A stretch of DNA of 64,000 nt from an uncultured bacterium (GCA_963765625.1 CAVXXD010000005.1:322008-386007), one strand, 5' to 3'. Positions 19,825 through 30,254 are shown, numbered from the stretch's first letter. The notes: a model not told the origin generated them from the letters alone. Numbers and translations are program-made.

Positions 19825-20952
19825 TTACAGGGTCACGGTGACGGACAGGTCTCCGTCGTCGCGGTATTCCCAGGTACACCCGGTCGATTCCCGGCGGTAG
19901 GCCAGCTCCGTCAAGGCCTTGAGCGTGCCCACCATGAGCAGGTGCAGGCACGAGTTGTTCATCAGGATGGTCACTCTGTTCCGGTCGCCTTCCATACTTA
20001 CCAGGTTACCCATGCCGCTCAGGCCCAGCAGGCGCTGAAAGTCCCCGGCATCACGGTTCCATCTTTCCCAGCCCCAGGCTTCCTTGATCTGAAGGTACTG
20101 GGCCTCGACGACGGTTTCCTGGAGGTCGACACCAAGTTCGGCTACCATGTCCTCAATAGCCGTGTCCAGTGAGGTGGGTCCGAAAATGGCCATGCGCCGG
20201 CCGGTTTCGGGGTTGACGATGATGCCTTTCTCCAGGTCCCACCGGTAAATGGAAATCTCCAGCGGCACGCCGCATTCCGGGCAGGAGTCGAATTCCAAGC
20301 GGCCCGGCTTGAAATCGAAACGCCTGGTTCGCATTTTATCTTTCGATTCCGGATGCCGGCCGCCCTCGTAAGCCTCTATCTCGTAGAGGTCGGTCCCCAC
20401 CTTACGGTATTCGACCTGCAGATCGCGGTCTTCGAAGGCCTCACAGCCGGCCAGGATCTCGGCCGCCATGAAGATAATCGAGTACGGGTGGCTTACGGCG
20501 GTCGAGCGCCATGCATAATCATCGCAGGCCTCCAGGCTGACGTTGGGCAGGGGGTTGCCGTATCCGTAGATCTTGACCATGTCCTGCATGGCCTCGTAAT
20601 GGCCGGTGACGACGGCACACATCTTCTCCCGCTCCTCGGGAGTCAGGGCCAAGCCGGTCCCCTCCAGGTCCAGCCCCTCGAGCAGGGGTTGGCCTTTTTC
20701 CAGGGAATATATCTTTTCCAGAAAACTCCTGGTCTCCCGGCGCCGGCTCTCGATGGCGTAATGCTCCACTTCTATACCACTGAGTTTCTCTACGCCGCGA
20801 AAGAGGGGGTCGATTATCTCCGGCTCGTAGAAGACCCAGCGGTTCCTGCTCGAGCTCCTGGAGTAAATAACGCCGTTGTCCCCCCATCTAAGCTCTCCAC
20901 TGACCAGCAGGGGTACCCCGCACTTACCGCAAACCTCTATCCTGCCCATCAT
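19825..20952 (-). CDS. Paralogue 1 of a zinc-ribbon / V4R-like domain protein family
   Basis: CGKCGVPL and CPECGVPL zinc-ribbon motifs. The C-terminal GMGNLVSMEGDRNRVTILMNNSC segment resembles a V4R (4-vinyl reductase) domain. GGGAGG RBS. Paralogous to 50656..51736 and 58692..59796. Confidence 0.5.
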   Translation of the reverse strand: MMGRIEVCGKCGVPLLVSGELRWGDNGVIYSRSSSRNRWVFYEPEIIDPLFRGVEKLSGIEVEHYAIESRRRETRSFLEKIYSLEKGQPLLEGLDLEGTGLALTPEEREKMCAVVTGHYEAMQDMVKIYGYGNPLPNVSLEACDDYAWRSTAVSHPYSIIFMAAEILAGCEAFEDRDLQVEYRKVGTDLYEIEAYEGGRHPESKDKMRTRRFDFKPGRLEFDSCPECGVPLEISIYRWDLEKGIIVNPETGRRMAIFGPTSLDTAIEDMVAELGVDLQETVVEAQYLQIKEAWGWERWNRDAGDFQRLLGLSGMGNLVSMEGDRNRVTILMNNSCLHLLMVGTLKALTELAYRRESTGCTWEYRDDGDLSVTVTL

Positions 20953-21048
20953 TATTCCTCCCGTCGCAACCAGCACGGCTCTTCTTATTATTTTAACCAA
21001 ACCGGGCCTGACGGCAATGATGCAGGTGCTTCCCGGGCCGCGGTCCGC

Positions 21049-21549
21049 TCAGTCCCTGGGGTCGTTAAGGAAGTGGCCATCGTCCCGCTTCTCGTGGATC
21101 TGGTGGTCCTTGCCTTCCATCCAGCCTATGCGGGTTTCCGTACCCGGGGAGTCCACCCTGGGGATGTGCGGCTTGATATCCAGCACCGGTGTGCCGTCCA
21201 GCAGGTCCACGTCCCGGATGTGCAGGATGTTGCCATCCACGCGGTCCAGCCGCACCACGCTGGTGCCGAGATGGTTGGGGCGGACGGGGGCGCGGGTGGC
21301 GAATACTCCGCGCGTCACTTCGTCCAGGAAGGGCTTCACCTCCAGCCTGGTCACGTCGCAGAGGTGAAAGTAGTAGACCAGGATAATGTGGGAGAAGCCG
21401 TCCAGGTCGGCCAGGCCCGGGGCGAACTCGGGCAGTACCTCCACCAATGCCTCGACGTCCTTCCCTCCCACCGGCTGGATGGGGGTGCCCAGGTTCTCCT
21501 TGAAGGGAGAGCGGATAACACCTATGGGGCTCAGAACTATATCGTCCAT
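21049..21549 (-). CDS. trmO: tRNA (m6t6A37) methyltransferase TrmO (TsaA/YaeB family)
   Basis: SPIGVIRSPF, TRAPVRPNHLG and DGTPVLDIKP motifs. Confidence 0.8.
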   Translation of the reverse strand: MDDIVLSPIGVIRSPFKENLGTPIQPVGGKDVEALVEVLPEFAPGLADLDGFSHIILVYYFHLCDVTRLEVKPFLDEVTRGVFATRAPVRPNHLGTSVVRLDRVDGNILHIRDVDLLDGTPVLDIKPHIPRVDSPGTETRIGWMEGKDHQIHEKRDDGHFLNDPRD

Positions 21550-21836
21550 GCCATTATCATATCATTCCGAAATTCCATATCATGTAGTTTGGAGATAGAG
21601 AATTTCCATAAAAGGAATAATTCATACCTTGGATAAAGATAAGCAAAGTAGCTCGCGCTTATCAATAAGTAAGCAATTCCAAAACACAATAAGGCTATGA
21701 TTGTTCCCATCTAATCAGTTTCCTTTATAGCATCATTAATGGCTCTTCACCTACGTTCCGAACCAGTAACGACCTGGACCGAAACCCGGCCCCCGCGCCA
21801 GCGGGGGCCCTTCTTCTTCATAATGGGAACAAACCG

Positions 21837-24800
21837 TCAGGGCGCGTACCCGATGGAACAGGTGCCCCAGGTCCGGCCCGCGTCGTACATGGCACGCTCG
21901 CAGACCACCCCGCCCCCACTGGAGGTGACCACGGTGGAGACATCGTAATCGCTGACGTAGTCGTTCAAGTAGACGGTGACGCGGGAGCCGGCCTTGACGA
22001 CGTAACCTTTCATGCCTTCGACCGGCCCGGACGAAGTAACGAAGGAAACGTCCACCTTGACGTCGACAGGGTTGGGATTCTGTATCAGCAGGTAGGTATC
22101 GATACCGCCGGCCGTGCAGCCCTCGGCCAGGTACCAGGTGGAAGAAGGCACGGTGGCGCCGATGGAGCAGGTGCCCCAGGTGCGGTCCCGGTTATACATG
22201 GAACGCTCGCATACCACCCATCTTCCCATAGTAGTCGTCACCACGGCGGAGACATCGTAATCGGTGACATAGTCGTTGAGCCGGAAGGAGCGGCGCCCTT
22301 TCTCCGGAACGATCACGTCCTGAAGGGCTTCAGGTTTCAATTCACCGGATGAGGTCTGAAGCGTGATGTTGATTTCGGATGAAAGATTTCCCGGGTTCTG
22401 CACCAGCAACCAGGTCTCGAAGCCCTCGCCGGTGCAACCCTCGGGCAGGTACCAGGTTGCGGCGGGAGCAGTGGCGCCTACGGATGCATGCGCCCACTGC
22501 CGTCCGTTGCCGTACATGGCCCGCTCGCAGACCACGTCTCCGCCCGAGGAAGTCACGACTGTAGATAGATTCCAGTCCACCCTTGATTCCGATAGGTTAT
22601 AGGACCTTCGAGAATGAGCCGGAACAACCAGGCCGGACTGGCCCGGTATGGGCTCTACAGGATAGGACTCGAGCCTCATCGTGCCAGGCAGCATGAACGT
22701 AATGTCCACGGTCACGTCAGTATCGCCCGGGTTCTGCACGAGAAGCCAGGTCTCGAAACCCTCGCCGGTGCAACCCTCAGCCAGGTACCACGTGGACGAC
22801 GGGGTGCGGGTGCCGACGGTCTCGGTGGCCCAGGTCCGGCCGTCGCCGTACATGGCGCGCTCCACTACTATCTCCCCTCCGGTAGCCGAGACCACGGCTG
22901 AGATGTCGTAGGAAGTGAAGAAGGACCCGGCGTTGAAGGAGACGCGTGTATTGCCGGCCAGCTCGTATCCCTGCAGCGCGGCCGGTGCGAAGAGCCCGTC
23001 GGCGGTCGGGAAGGAGATGTCCAGGGTCACGGGGTCCTGGTTGGAGTTGGCCACCAGTATCCAGGTCTCGAAGCCCTCGCCGGTGCAGCCCTCGGCCAGG
23101 TACCAGGTGTCGGTGTCGGCGGCGAAGGTGGCCACTACCTCGTGGTCTTCCCTTACGTTCGAGATGACGTAAGGACTGGAGACGGCGACCGCCGCCCCGT
23201 TATCGGTAATGCTGGCGATGTGGCAGTGGGCGGCGGGCGTGATGGCGATGGAAGCGTTGCTGCCCCACTCAACCGATTGAGTCGTCGGGGTGACGGTGCC
23301 ATTCCCATCGGCCGATGCATTTACCGTGAAGTTATCGATGGCGAAACCGGCGGTGAGATCCCAGGCAGCCTCGGCGGTGAAAGACCAGGCCGCCTCGGTG
23401 GAGACCTCGGTCCCCGCCTCGGTCCAGCCGGCGAAGTGCCACCCTTCCGCCGGAGTGGCCACCAGCAGCACGGTGTCCCCGTAATAGTACGCGCCGGCAC
23501 CTTTAGCCGTGCCGTTTCCCGAGACCGTTACAGAGACGGGGCACGGGTCCGGCTCGAAGGAAGCGACCACGTCGTGGGCTTCTTTTACATTGGAGATGAC
23601 GTAGGGATCGGCCGGGGTCACCGACACCCCGTTGTCGGTGAGGAAGGCGAGGTGATAGCCGGTGTCGGGGACTATGTCGACGGAGGCCGCGTTGCCGTAG
23701 GCCACGCTCTGGGTAGAGGGATCGGCGGCGCCGTGTCCGCTGAAAGAAGCCGAAGCGGTCACCTGGTAGAAGTCGGCGGCGAAGGTCACCTCCACGTTGT
23801 GCGCGCCCGTGACGTTGTTTATGACGTAAGTGCCGCCGGTCACCGGCTGGGCCACCCCATTGTCGCTGATGGTCTCGGTATGGTAACCCGCGTCGGGAGT
23901 CAAGGTGATGGTGGCGGTGGAGCCGTAGTCAACGCTCTGGTTGGCTGGGCTGACGTTTCCGTGCCCACCGGAGACGTAGGCGTTGACGCCGAAAGTGTCG
24001 ATGGCGTAGACCACCTGGACCTGGTGCCAGGAGGTGACGCCGGAGATGACGTAGGGGTCGGATGCCGCCTGAGGCACTCCGTTGTCGACGATGTAGGCGG
24101 GGTGATAACCCGTATCGGGGGCCAGGTCGATGGAGGCGCCGGTACCGTAAGCCACGCTCTGGTTGGCGGGGCTGACGCTGCCGTGACCGCCGGGAACCGA
24201 GGCATCCACGGCGACGTCGAAGCTCACCACGATGTCATGGGTTGCCGCCACATCTGAGACAACGTAAGGGTTTGCAACGGCTTGCGTGGTCCCGTTGTCC
24301 GTAATCCCCGCTATCGAGCAGTGCTCGCCGGCGGTGATCTCGATGGTGGCGTCGTCTCCCTGCTCGACCCACTGGCTGGCCGGGGAGACGCTCCCGCCTC
24401 CCCCGGCGACCGAGGCATTGACCACGTACCCGATATCGGCCGAATAGCGGATGCCGTCCGCCCCCTGCCATATCACGCATGGATTGCCGGCCGCGCTCAC
24501 TTCAACCTCGGGACGGACGTTCTCGGTATCGGCGGTCAAGGCATGGGGAGGGCCCCAGCCGTTTCCGCCATCGGCGGAGTAGAACACCTGAGGTACCGAG
24601 GAGACCGAGCCTTCCCAAGCCAGGTGGCGGAAGCCGGATGGATCTATTGAAAAAGAAGGATGGCCGTTGTCCGAGCCCGTGGATACCTGCTCCGGCTCGG
24701 ACCAGCCGGCCGGGGAAGCGGTACGGCAGTAGATCTGCCTGCCTGACCCCGTGTTGCCGGACCAGGCGACCTGCGCGTAACCGGAGGCGTCCACCGCGAT

Positions 24801-26852
24801 CCGCGGGTTCGAATTATCCGTACCGCTTGACAGCTGAAGCTCAGCCGACCAGGCGGAGCCTTCTTTTCGAGTGAAATAGGCTTGCATCGAGGAATCGGCG
24901 GCGATGGCCTGCCATACCACGTTGGGGCGGCCATATACGTCGACGGCGATGTCCGGGTTGTACTTGTTGGATCCCCAGGAAAGAGCGGCCGGCGAGCTCC
25001 AGCCGGGGCCGGAGTCGGTGGAATAGTAGACCTGGTCCATCATGCCGTCGTTACCCTGCCAGACCACGTGGGACCGGCCGTCCGAGCTGATGGCTATGCG
25101 GGGCAAGAGGCCGATGGTGCCGCCGGATACGGTCTCGGGCGCGGACCAGCCGGTGCCGGTATCGGAAGAGTAGACCGCCTCCGTTCCGCTCCGCCACACC
25201 GCGTGAGGATGCCCTGAAGCATCCACGGCTATGGAGGGTTCGTGGTTGTCGGCGCCGCTGGAGATAAGCCGCGGGTTCGACCAGCCGGACCCGCTGTCCG
25301 ACGAGTAGAATATCCTCGAGATATCGGCATCCTGCTCGTTGTCATGATAGAAGGCCTCCCAGACCGCGTGCCGGTTTCCCCCCGCATCGACGGCTAACGC
25401 CGGCTTCTTCTCCTCGAAGCAGTCCGACAAAGCCTGCTTGGCGGACCAGCTGCCGCCCGCCTTGGATGCATAGAAAACGTGGTAGTCCCCTCTCGCTGTA
25501 TCGTTCTCGTACCAGACCAGATGGGGACTGCCGCTCGAGTCCATGGCGATCTCGGGATTGCTGTCGAATATCCAGCCGTAAGCGAAGTCGGAGCAAGTGG
25601 AAACGAGCTCCCGCGTCCATCCCGATCCGAGATTATCCGCGTAATAAATATTAAGGGTGTCGAAATCGGCCAGGCCCCCACCAAGCCCCTCCATCCAAGT
25701 CACATGAGGGTGCCCAGCCGCATCCAGGGCTATCCGGGCATTTTCGCCCGTGCTGGCGGCGGCATCGAGCTTGACCGGCGCCGACCAGCCCGAACCGAGA
25801 TCAGCGGCATAAAAGACTCCCTCGCTAGCGCACCAGACGGCATGAGGATGACCGTTATTGTCCACGGCTATCCTGGGCTGACTGACGCTGAAAGAAGTGC
25901 CCAGGGTTGTTGGAGCAGCCCAACCTGAGCCGGAATCGGTGGAATACAGGATGTTTTTCCCTTCTTCGTCCACCCAGACGGCATGAGGGTGATCTTCCTC
26001 ATCTATCGCCAGATCGGGGGGGTCCCACAGGTAATTGCTGGTACAGGAGCCTTCCAGTTCGGAGTGGGTAAATTCGCCGGCATGCGAGTAATCAACCAGG
26101 TGAACCAGGCACTTAGCCGCCGGTTCATATGCCTTGTGCGAGTTGATGATGATATGGGGATGGTCCCCCGAATCGATGGCTATCTGGGGACAGAGGTTGT
26201 TCTCGTTGGCCCTGATGATGCGCTCTCCTATCCAGCCGTTTCCGAGATCGGCATTGTAAATAGCCACCGAATATGCCGAAAACCAGCTATCGCCCCATTG
26301 ATAGTGCCATACGACGTATGGATGCCCCTGCGAATCGACCGCCAGGTCAGGCCGCGGCGGATTGTAAGCGCCCTCATTATGGTCATCGGAAATCTGGACC
26401 GGGGCGGACCAGCCGGTGCCGAGGTCGGCGGTATAAAAAATGTTTGCGTACCCGCCTGCTTGCTGTTGCCAGACCGCATGGGGGTGGCCGTTGACATCGA
26501 TAACCAGTTGAGGATCGAGATCGTGCCTGGACTCCGTCGCCGTCGACAACCGCCGGGGATAGGACCAGCCAGCGCCGTTGTTGGTCATGTAATAGGCCTG
26601 CAGTATGCCCTGGCTGTCCTCCCCCTGCCACACCGCATGGATATTGCCGCTGGCGTCTATCTCTATCTGTGGATAACGGTTGTTGCCCGAATCTGGGGTG
26701 ATCTCCCGCGGGGATGTCCACGCCTCGGAAGAGGGCGATACGGCGGGAAAGGCTATTACGAGTAGCGCCGCTGTCAGCATCACAGCCAGAAAAACTGCCG
26801 GCCGGTAAGGTCTTGTCCAGTTTTTCCTGCGATTAAATGCCGTGAAGATCAT
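21837..26852 (-). CDS. Giant secreted/cell-surface protein (1671 aa): signal peptide, many BNR/Asp-box repeats, InlB B-repeat-like domains, then six C-terminal repeats of about 95 aa
   Basis: Start at MIFTAF after an AGGAGG RBS. Repeated SxDxGxGW Asp-boxes. GGG(S/T)VSP InlB B-repeat-like modules. Six repeats with the WYLAEGCTGEGFETWLLVQNP motif. Confidence 0.7.
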   Translation of the reverse strand: MIFTAFNRRKNWTRPYRPAVFLAVMLTAALLVIAFPAVSPSSEAWTSPREITPDSGNNRYPQIEIDASGNIHAVWQGEDSQGILQAYYMTNNGAGWSYPRRLSTATESRHDLDPQLVIDVNGHPHAVWQQQAGGYANIFYTADLGTGWSAPVQISDDHNEGAYNPPRPDLAVDSQGHPYVVWHYQWGDSWFSAYSVAIYNADLGNGWIGERIIRANENNLCPQIAIDSGDHPHIIINSHKAYEPAAKCLVHLVDYSHAGEFTHSELEGSCTSNYLWDPPDLAIDEEDHPHAVWVDEEGKNILYSTDSGSGWAAPTTLGTSFSVSQPRIAVDNNGHPHAVWCASEGVFYAADLGSGWSAPVKLDAAASTGENARIALDAAGHPHVTWMEGLGGGLADFDTLNIYYADNLGSGWTRELVSTCSDFAYGWIFDSNPEIAMDSSGSPHLVWYENDTARGDYHVFYASKAGGSWSAKQALSDCFEEKKPALAVDAGGNRHAVWEAFYHDNEQDADISRIFYSSDSGSGWSNPRLISSGADNHEPSIAVDASGHPHAVWRSGTEAVYSSDTGTGWSAPETVSGGTIGLLPRIAISSDGRSHVVWQGNDGMMDQVYYSTDSGPGWSSPAALSWGSNKYNPDIAVDVYGRPNVVWQAIAADSSMQAYFTRKEGSAWSAELQLSSGTDNSNPRIAVDASGYAQVAWSGNTGSGRQIYCRTASPAGWSEPEQVSTGSDNGHPSFSIDPSGFRHLAWEGSVSSVPQVFYSADGGNGWGPPHALTADTENVRPEVEVSAAGNPCVIWQGADGIRYSADIGYVVNASVAGGGGSVSPASQWVEQGDDATIEITAGEHCSIAGITDNGTTQAVANPYVVSDVAATHDIVVSFDVAVDASVPGGHGSVSPANQSVAYGTGASIDLAPDTGYHPAYIVDNGVPQAASDPYVISGVTSWHQVQVVYAIDTFGVNAYVSGGHGNVSPANQSVDYGSTATITLTPDAGYHTETISDNGVAQPVTGGTYVINNVTGAHNVEVTFAADFYQVTASASFSGHGAADPSTQSVAYGNAASVDIVPDTGYHLAFLTDNGVSVTPADPYVISNVKEAHDVVASFEPDPCPVSVTVSGNGTAKGAGAYYYGDTVLLVATPAEGWHFAGWTEAGTEVSTEAAWSFTAEAAWDLTAGFAIDNFTVNASADGNGTVTPTTQSVEWGSNASIAITPAAHCHIASITDNGAAVAVSSPYVISNVREDHEVVATFAADTDTWYLAEGCTGEGFETWILVANSNQDPVTLDISFPTADGLFAPAALQGYELAGNTRVSFNAGSFFTSYDISAVVSATGGEIVVERAMYGDGRTWATETVGTRTPSSTWYLAEGCTGEGFETWLLVQNPGDTDVTVDITFMLPGTMRLESYPVEPIPGQSGLVVPAHSRRSYNLSESRVDWNLSTVVTSSGGDVVCERAMYGNGRQWAHASVGATAPAATWYLPEGCTGEGFETWLLVQNPGNLSSEINITLQTSSGELKPEALQDVIVPEKGRRSFRLNDYVTDYDVSAVVTTTMGRWVVCERSMYNRDRTWGTCSIGATVPSSTWYLAEGCTAGGIDTYLLIQNPNPVDVKVDVSFVTSSGPVEGMKGYVVKAGSRVTVYLNDYVSDYDVSTVVTSSGGGVVCERAMYDAGRTWGTCSIGYAP

Positions 26853-27006
26853 TTTGCCGCCTCCTGTCCGGTCCGCGCGTGAATCATCTTTTTCTTGCAA
26901 TCATTATATCTTTAAGCAAAGCAACATAGCTTCTCGACATCATTATCGGCTCACCCTCGATTCCCATATTAAGGTTATCGGAAGTTGAGTAAGTATCCTT
27001 CAGGAT

Positions 27007-28170
27007 TCATTCCTTTTCATAGGGCTTGCCTTCGGCCAGGATGGCGTGGAGCCGGGGCATCCACTCGCTGATCCCGATGGACTGCGGGCATTTTTCCTCG
27101 CATTCGCCGCAGCCGGTGCAGAGGTCGGCTCGCTCCTCCGCGGGAATGAACCTCTCGTAACGCATGCGTGACGAGCGCATGCCGTCGTACATTACCCCGT
27201 AGTTGAGCAACTCGAAGAGGGCTGGGATGTTCACCCCGCTGGGGCAGGGCAGGCAGTAGCCGCAGCCGGTGCAGGGAACGGCGGACCTCTCCTTCAGCCG
27301 GGTGCGCACCTCCTCGACCAACGTCAGCTCCTCCGCCGTCAGCGGCTTAGCCCCCGACGCCGCAGCGATGATGAGGTTCTCCTCCACCTGGCTCATTTCG
27401 CTCATGCCGCTCAATACCACGCTAACCTCCGGCTGGTCCCACAGCCACTGCAGGGCCAGCCCGGCGGGAGTGCGCCCGGTGCCCGCGGCTTCGAACAGCT
27501 CCATCACCGGCCGGGGCGGGCGGGCCAGGCACCCTCCCAGCAACGGCTCCATCACCACCACGGCGATGCCCTTCGAGGCCGCGTATCGCAACCCCTCCGT
27601 CCCTGCCTGGTTCTCGGTGTCCATGTAGTTGTACTGGATCTGGGCCAGGGCCCAGCCGTCGTAGCCATCGATTATTTCCTTAAAAGAAGCCAGGCGGTCG
27701 TGGAAGGAGAAGCCGATGGCACCGATACGGCCGTCCCGCACCGCCGCTTCCGCTCTCTCCAGCAGGCCTTGCTCGAGCAGAGTCTTCCATCGCTTCTCGC
27801 TCAGTCCATGAAAAAGGTAGAAGTCAATGTGGCCGTCCCGCAGCTTCTTCAGCTGCTGGCCGAGGCAGTCGTCGAAGTCCTTCGCCTGCTTGATCATCCA
27901 CACCGGCGACTTGGTCGCCACCTTGACCCGGTCGCGGTAACCCCCGGCCAGCGCCTTGCCCAGCACCACCTCGCTGCGTCCACCGTGGTAGGGGTAGGCG
28001 GTGTCGATATAGTCGACGCCTTCGTCGACGGCATGGCGGATCATGGCGACGGCCTCGTCCTCGTCGATGTTCTCGCTGATGGGCATCCCATCAGTGGTCG
28101 GCAAGCGCATGCAGCCGAACCCGAGAGCTGAGACCCGGCCGCCCGATGCGCCGAAGGCGCGGTATTCCAT
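27007..28170 (-). CDS. Aldo/keto reductase fused to a C-terminal 4Fe-4S dicluster domain
   Basis: Aldo/keto-reductase core (GFGCMRL, IDTAYPYHGG). C-terminal CTGCGYCLPCP and CTGCGECEEKCP ferredoxin motifs. Confidence 0.75.
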   Translation of the reverse strand: MEYRAFGASGGRVSALGFGCMRLPTTDGMPISENIDEDEAVAMIRHAVDEGVDYIDTAYPYHGGRSEVVLGKALAGGYRDRVKVATKSPVWMIKQAKDFDDCLGQQLKKLRDGHIDFYLFHGLSEKRWKTLLEQGLLERAEAAVRDGRIGAIGFSFHDRLASFKEIIDGYDGWALAQIQYNYMDTENQAGTEGLRYAASKGIAVVVMEPLLGGCLARPPRPVMELFEAAGTGRTPAGLALQWLWDQPEVSVVLSGMSEMSQVEENLIIAAASGAKPLTAEELTLVEEVRTRLKERSAVPCTGCGYCLPCPSGVNIPALFELLNYGVMYDGMRSSRMRYERFIPAEERADLCTGCGECEEKCPQSIGISEWMPRLHAILAEGKPYEKE

Positions 28171-28229
28171 CTCGCTTCCTCCCTTCTTCACCCCTATTAT
28201 ATTAATAGTCAGCCGCGAAGGAGGAAAAG

Positions 28230-29036
28230 ATGCTCGAAGCCGACCACTTCGAAGAAGTGACCCGCATCCGCATGAGTATCGAGGCCGGCGGCAAGCCGGT
28301 CTACTGGGTGGCGGCCTACCTGGTGGACGGCCTCCTCATCGACACCGGGGCTCCCCACACCGCGGAGGAACTGGCTGGTTTTCTGGAGGGGGAAAAGCTG
28401 AGTATGGTGGTCAACACCCACTTCCACGAGGACCACGTCGGCGCCGACCGCCTTATCCGGGAGCGCTTCGGCGTGGATGTCTTCGCCCACCCCGATTCCG
28501 TGCCCCTGATCAACCGCGTGCCCGAGCTCCGGCCTTACCAGGAATACGTCTGGGGCTATCCGGTGTCCTGCGAGGTGCAACCCCTGGGACGGGTGGTCGA
28601 GACTCCGCGCTTCCGCTTCGAGGTGCTCGAGACCGGGGGGCATTCTCCCGGGCACGTCTGCCTGGTGGAGATGGAACGCGGCTGGTGCTTCTCGGGCGAC
28701 ATCTTCATCTCCGAGCGCCCCAGGGTGCTCCGGGCCGACGAGGACGCCGCCGGGCTGATCGCCTCCCTGCGTCTGCTGGCCGGGCTGGACACCGCGAGGC
28801 TGGTGCTGTTCACTTCGATGGGAAAGATCTTCGAGCAAGGGCGCGAGGCGCTCGAAGCCTGCATCTCCTACCTGGAGGAGACGGGGGAACGAGTCGGGCA
28901 GCTCGCCGCCTCCGGCCGGAGCACGGGCGAGATACGGGAGGAACTTTTCGGCGGCGGCAGCTCGCTGGCCGCACTCACCGGCGGGCACTTCTCCACCGAC
29001 AACCTCATCGCTTCTTTATTGAAGATGCGGGATTAA
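28230..29036 (+). CDS. MBL-fold metallo-hydrolase
   Basis: THFHEDH metal-binding motif. AAGGAGG RBS. Confidence 0.7.
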   Translation: MLEADHFEEVTRIRMSIEAGGKPVYWVAAYLVDGLLIDTGAPHTAEELAGFLEGEKLSMVVNTHFHEDHVGADRLIRERFGVDVFAHPDSVPLINRVPELRPYQEYVWGYPVSCEVQPLGRVVETPRFRFEVLETGGHSPGHVCLVEMERGWCFSGDIFISERPRVLRADEDAAGLIASLRLLAGLDTARLVLFTSMGKIFEQGREALEACISYLEETGERVGQLAASGRSTGEIREELFGGGSSLAALTGGHFSTDNLIASLLKMRD

Positions 29037-29046
29037 CGCACTACCG

Positions 29047-30087
29047 CTATTCCAGCACGCTTGCGGCTTCGCGCGCCTCCCAGGCCCGCTTTATACGCTC
29101 GTAAGGGACCCGGCTGAAGGGGCAGACCTTGACACAGATGGAGCAACCCAGCCAGAGGGAAAACCACGGCGCGCACTTCATATTGTCGATGGAGGTCGAT
29201 ACCCCCGGCACGTTGGGCACGGCCTGCCGGCGGATGGCCTGGCCCGGACATCGTTTCAGGCAGAGGTCGCACATGTCGCAGAAGTCGAGGATCCAGCTAT
29301 GCTCGTCCGAATCGCTCCAGGGCATGTCCGTAAGCGGCGTAAGAATCACCCCGAGGCGCTGGCGCACTCCGAACTCCGGGGTTATCAGCAGCCCCTGCCG
29401 CCCGAAATACCCCAGACCTGCCTTGGCGGCCAGGGCCGGGTAGAGGAGCAAGCCGCCCAGGGGGTGGGAAGCCTGGCAGGGTATGCCTTCAGAGCGGATG
29501 AAGGCGGCCAGGCGATTCATGGCCTCCCCAAGGTCACCGTAGACGTGCAAGGCCTCCATCCCGGCGGCGGCTCCGGGCGCCTGTTCGATGGCCGAGCGCT
29601 TCATCTCCTGGGCGCAGACGATGGCGTTGGGGTAAAGGACATGTTTACCGCGGAAGATCAGGTGCTCCGGCACCTGGGTGAAGCCGGCCAGGTCGATGCC
29701 GCACTCCCGCGCCTGCTTTTTTAACTCTCTGTAAATTCCTTCTCCGGCCGTGGTGGCATGCAAGCCCCGGTTGGCCTCCAGGGAGCGGTAGCTTCCCAAC
29801 ACACCCCGGCGCACCTTGAGGAAGGCGGAAGCGGTCTCCAGGCCGTCGTTTTTCATCCCGCGAGGATTGAAGCTGGGCCTGGCCGAGGCGTCACCTTTGA
29901 CCCCGCGCAGGATGAAGGAGGTGCTGATGTGGAAGGGCTCGTCCGCCCGGTGCGGCGCGCCGGGATCCGCCTGCACGGCTCCGGGGTGAGCTTCCGCCAG
30001 GTAGGACCCCTCGTGCTTTTCCAATCCGGCAAGAAGCCGCGTCGCCGCATGCCCCCCGTACACCGAGAGCTTGTCCAGCAAGTCCAT
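29047..30087 (-). CDS. 4Fe-4S dicluster protein (reductive-dehalogenase / epoxyqueuosine-reductase-like)
   Basis: CDMCDLCLKRCP and CSICVKVCP ferredoxin motifs. Confidence 0.5.
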   Translation of the reverse strand: MDLLDKLSVYGGHAATRLLAGLEKHEGSYLAEAHPGAVQADPGAPHRADEPFHISTSFILRGVKGDASARPSFNPRGMKNDGLETASAFLKVRRGVLGSYRSLEANRGLHATTAGEGIYRELKKQARECGIDLAGFTQVPEHLIFRGKHVLYPNAIVCAQEMKRSAIEQAPGAAAGMEALHVYGDLGEAMNRLAAFIRSEGIPCQASHPLGGLLLYPALAAKAGLGYFGRQGLLITPEFGVRQRLGVILTPLTDMPWSDSDEHSWILDFCDMCDLCLKRCPGQAIRRQAVPNVPGVSTSIDNMKCAPWFSLWLGCSICVKVCPFSRVPYERIKRAWEAREAASVLE

Positions 30088-30254
30088 GGCCCACCCTCCT
30101 TCATTCGCGACCCGTCCGATAACAATATGGTATCAGGCCGGCGGCAGCCGACGCACCACACCCCTCAGCCCCCGGTTTCTGTTAGTATTTAGGCGACGAG
30201 CAAGGCGTTCGAGCAATCACCGGTACTGTTGCTGTTCAGGGAGGGAGGAGCATC

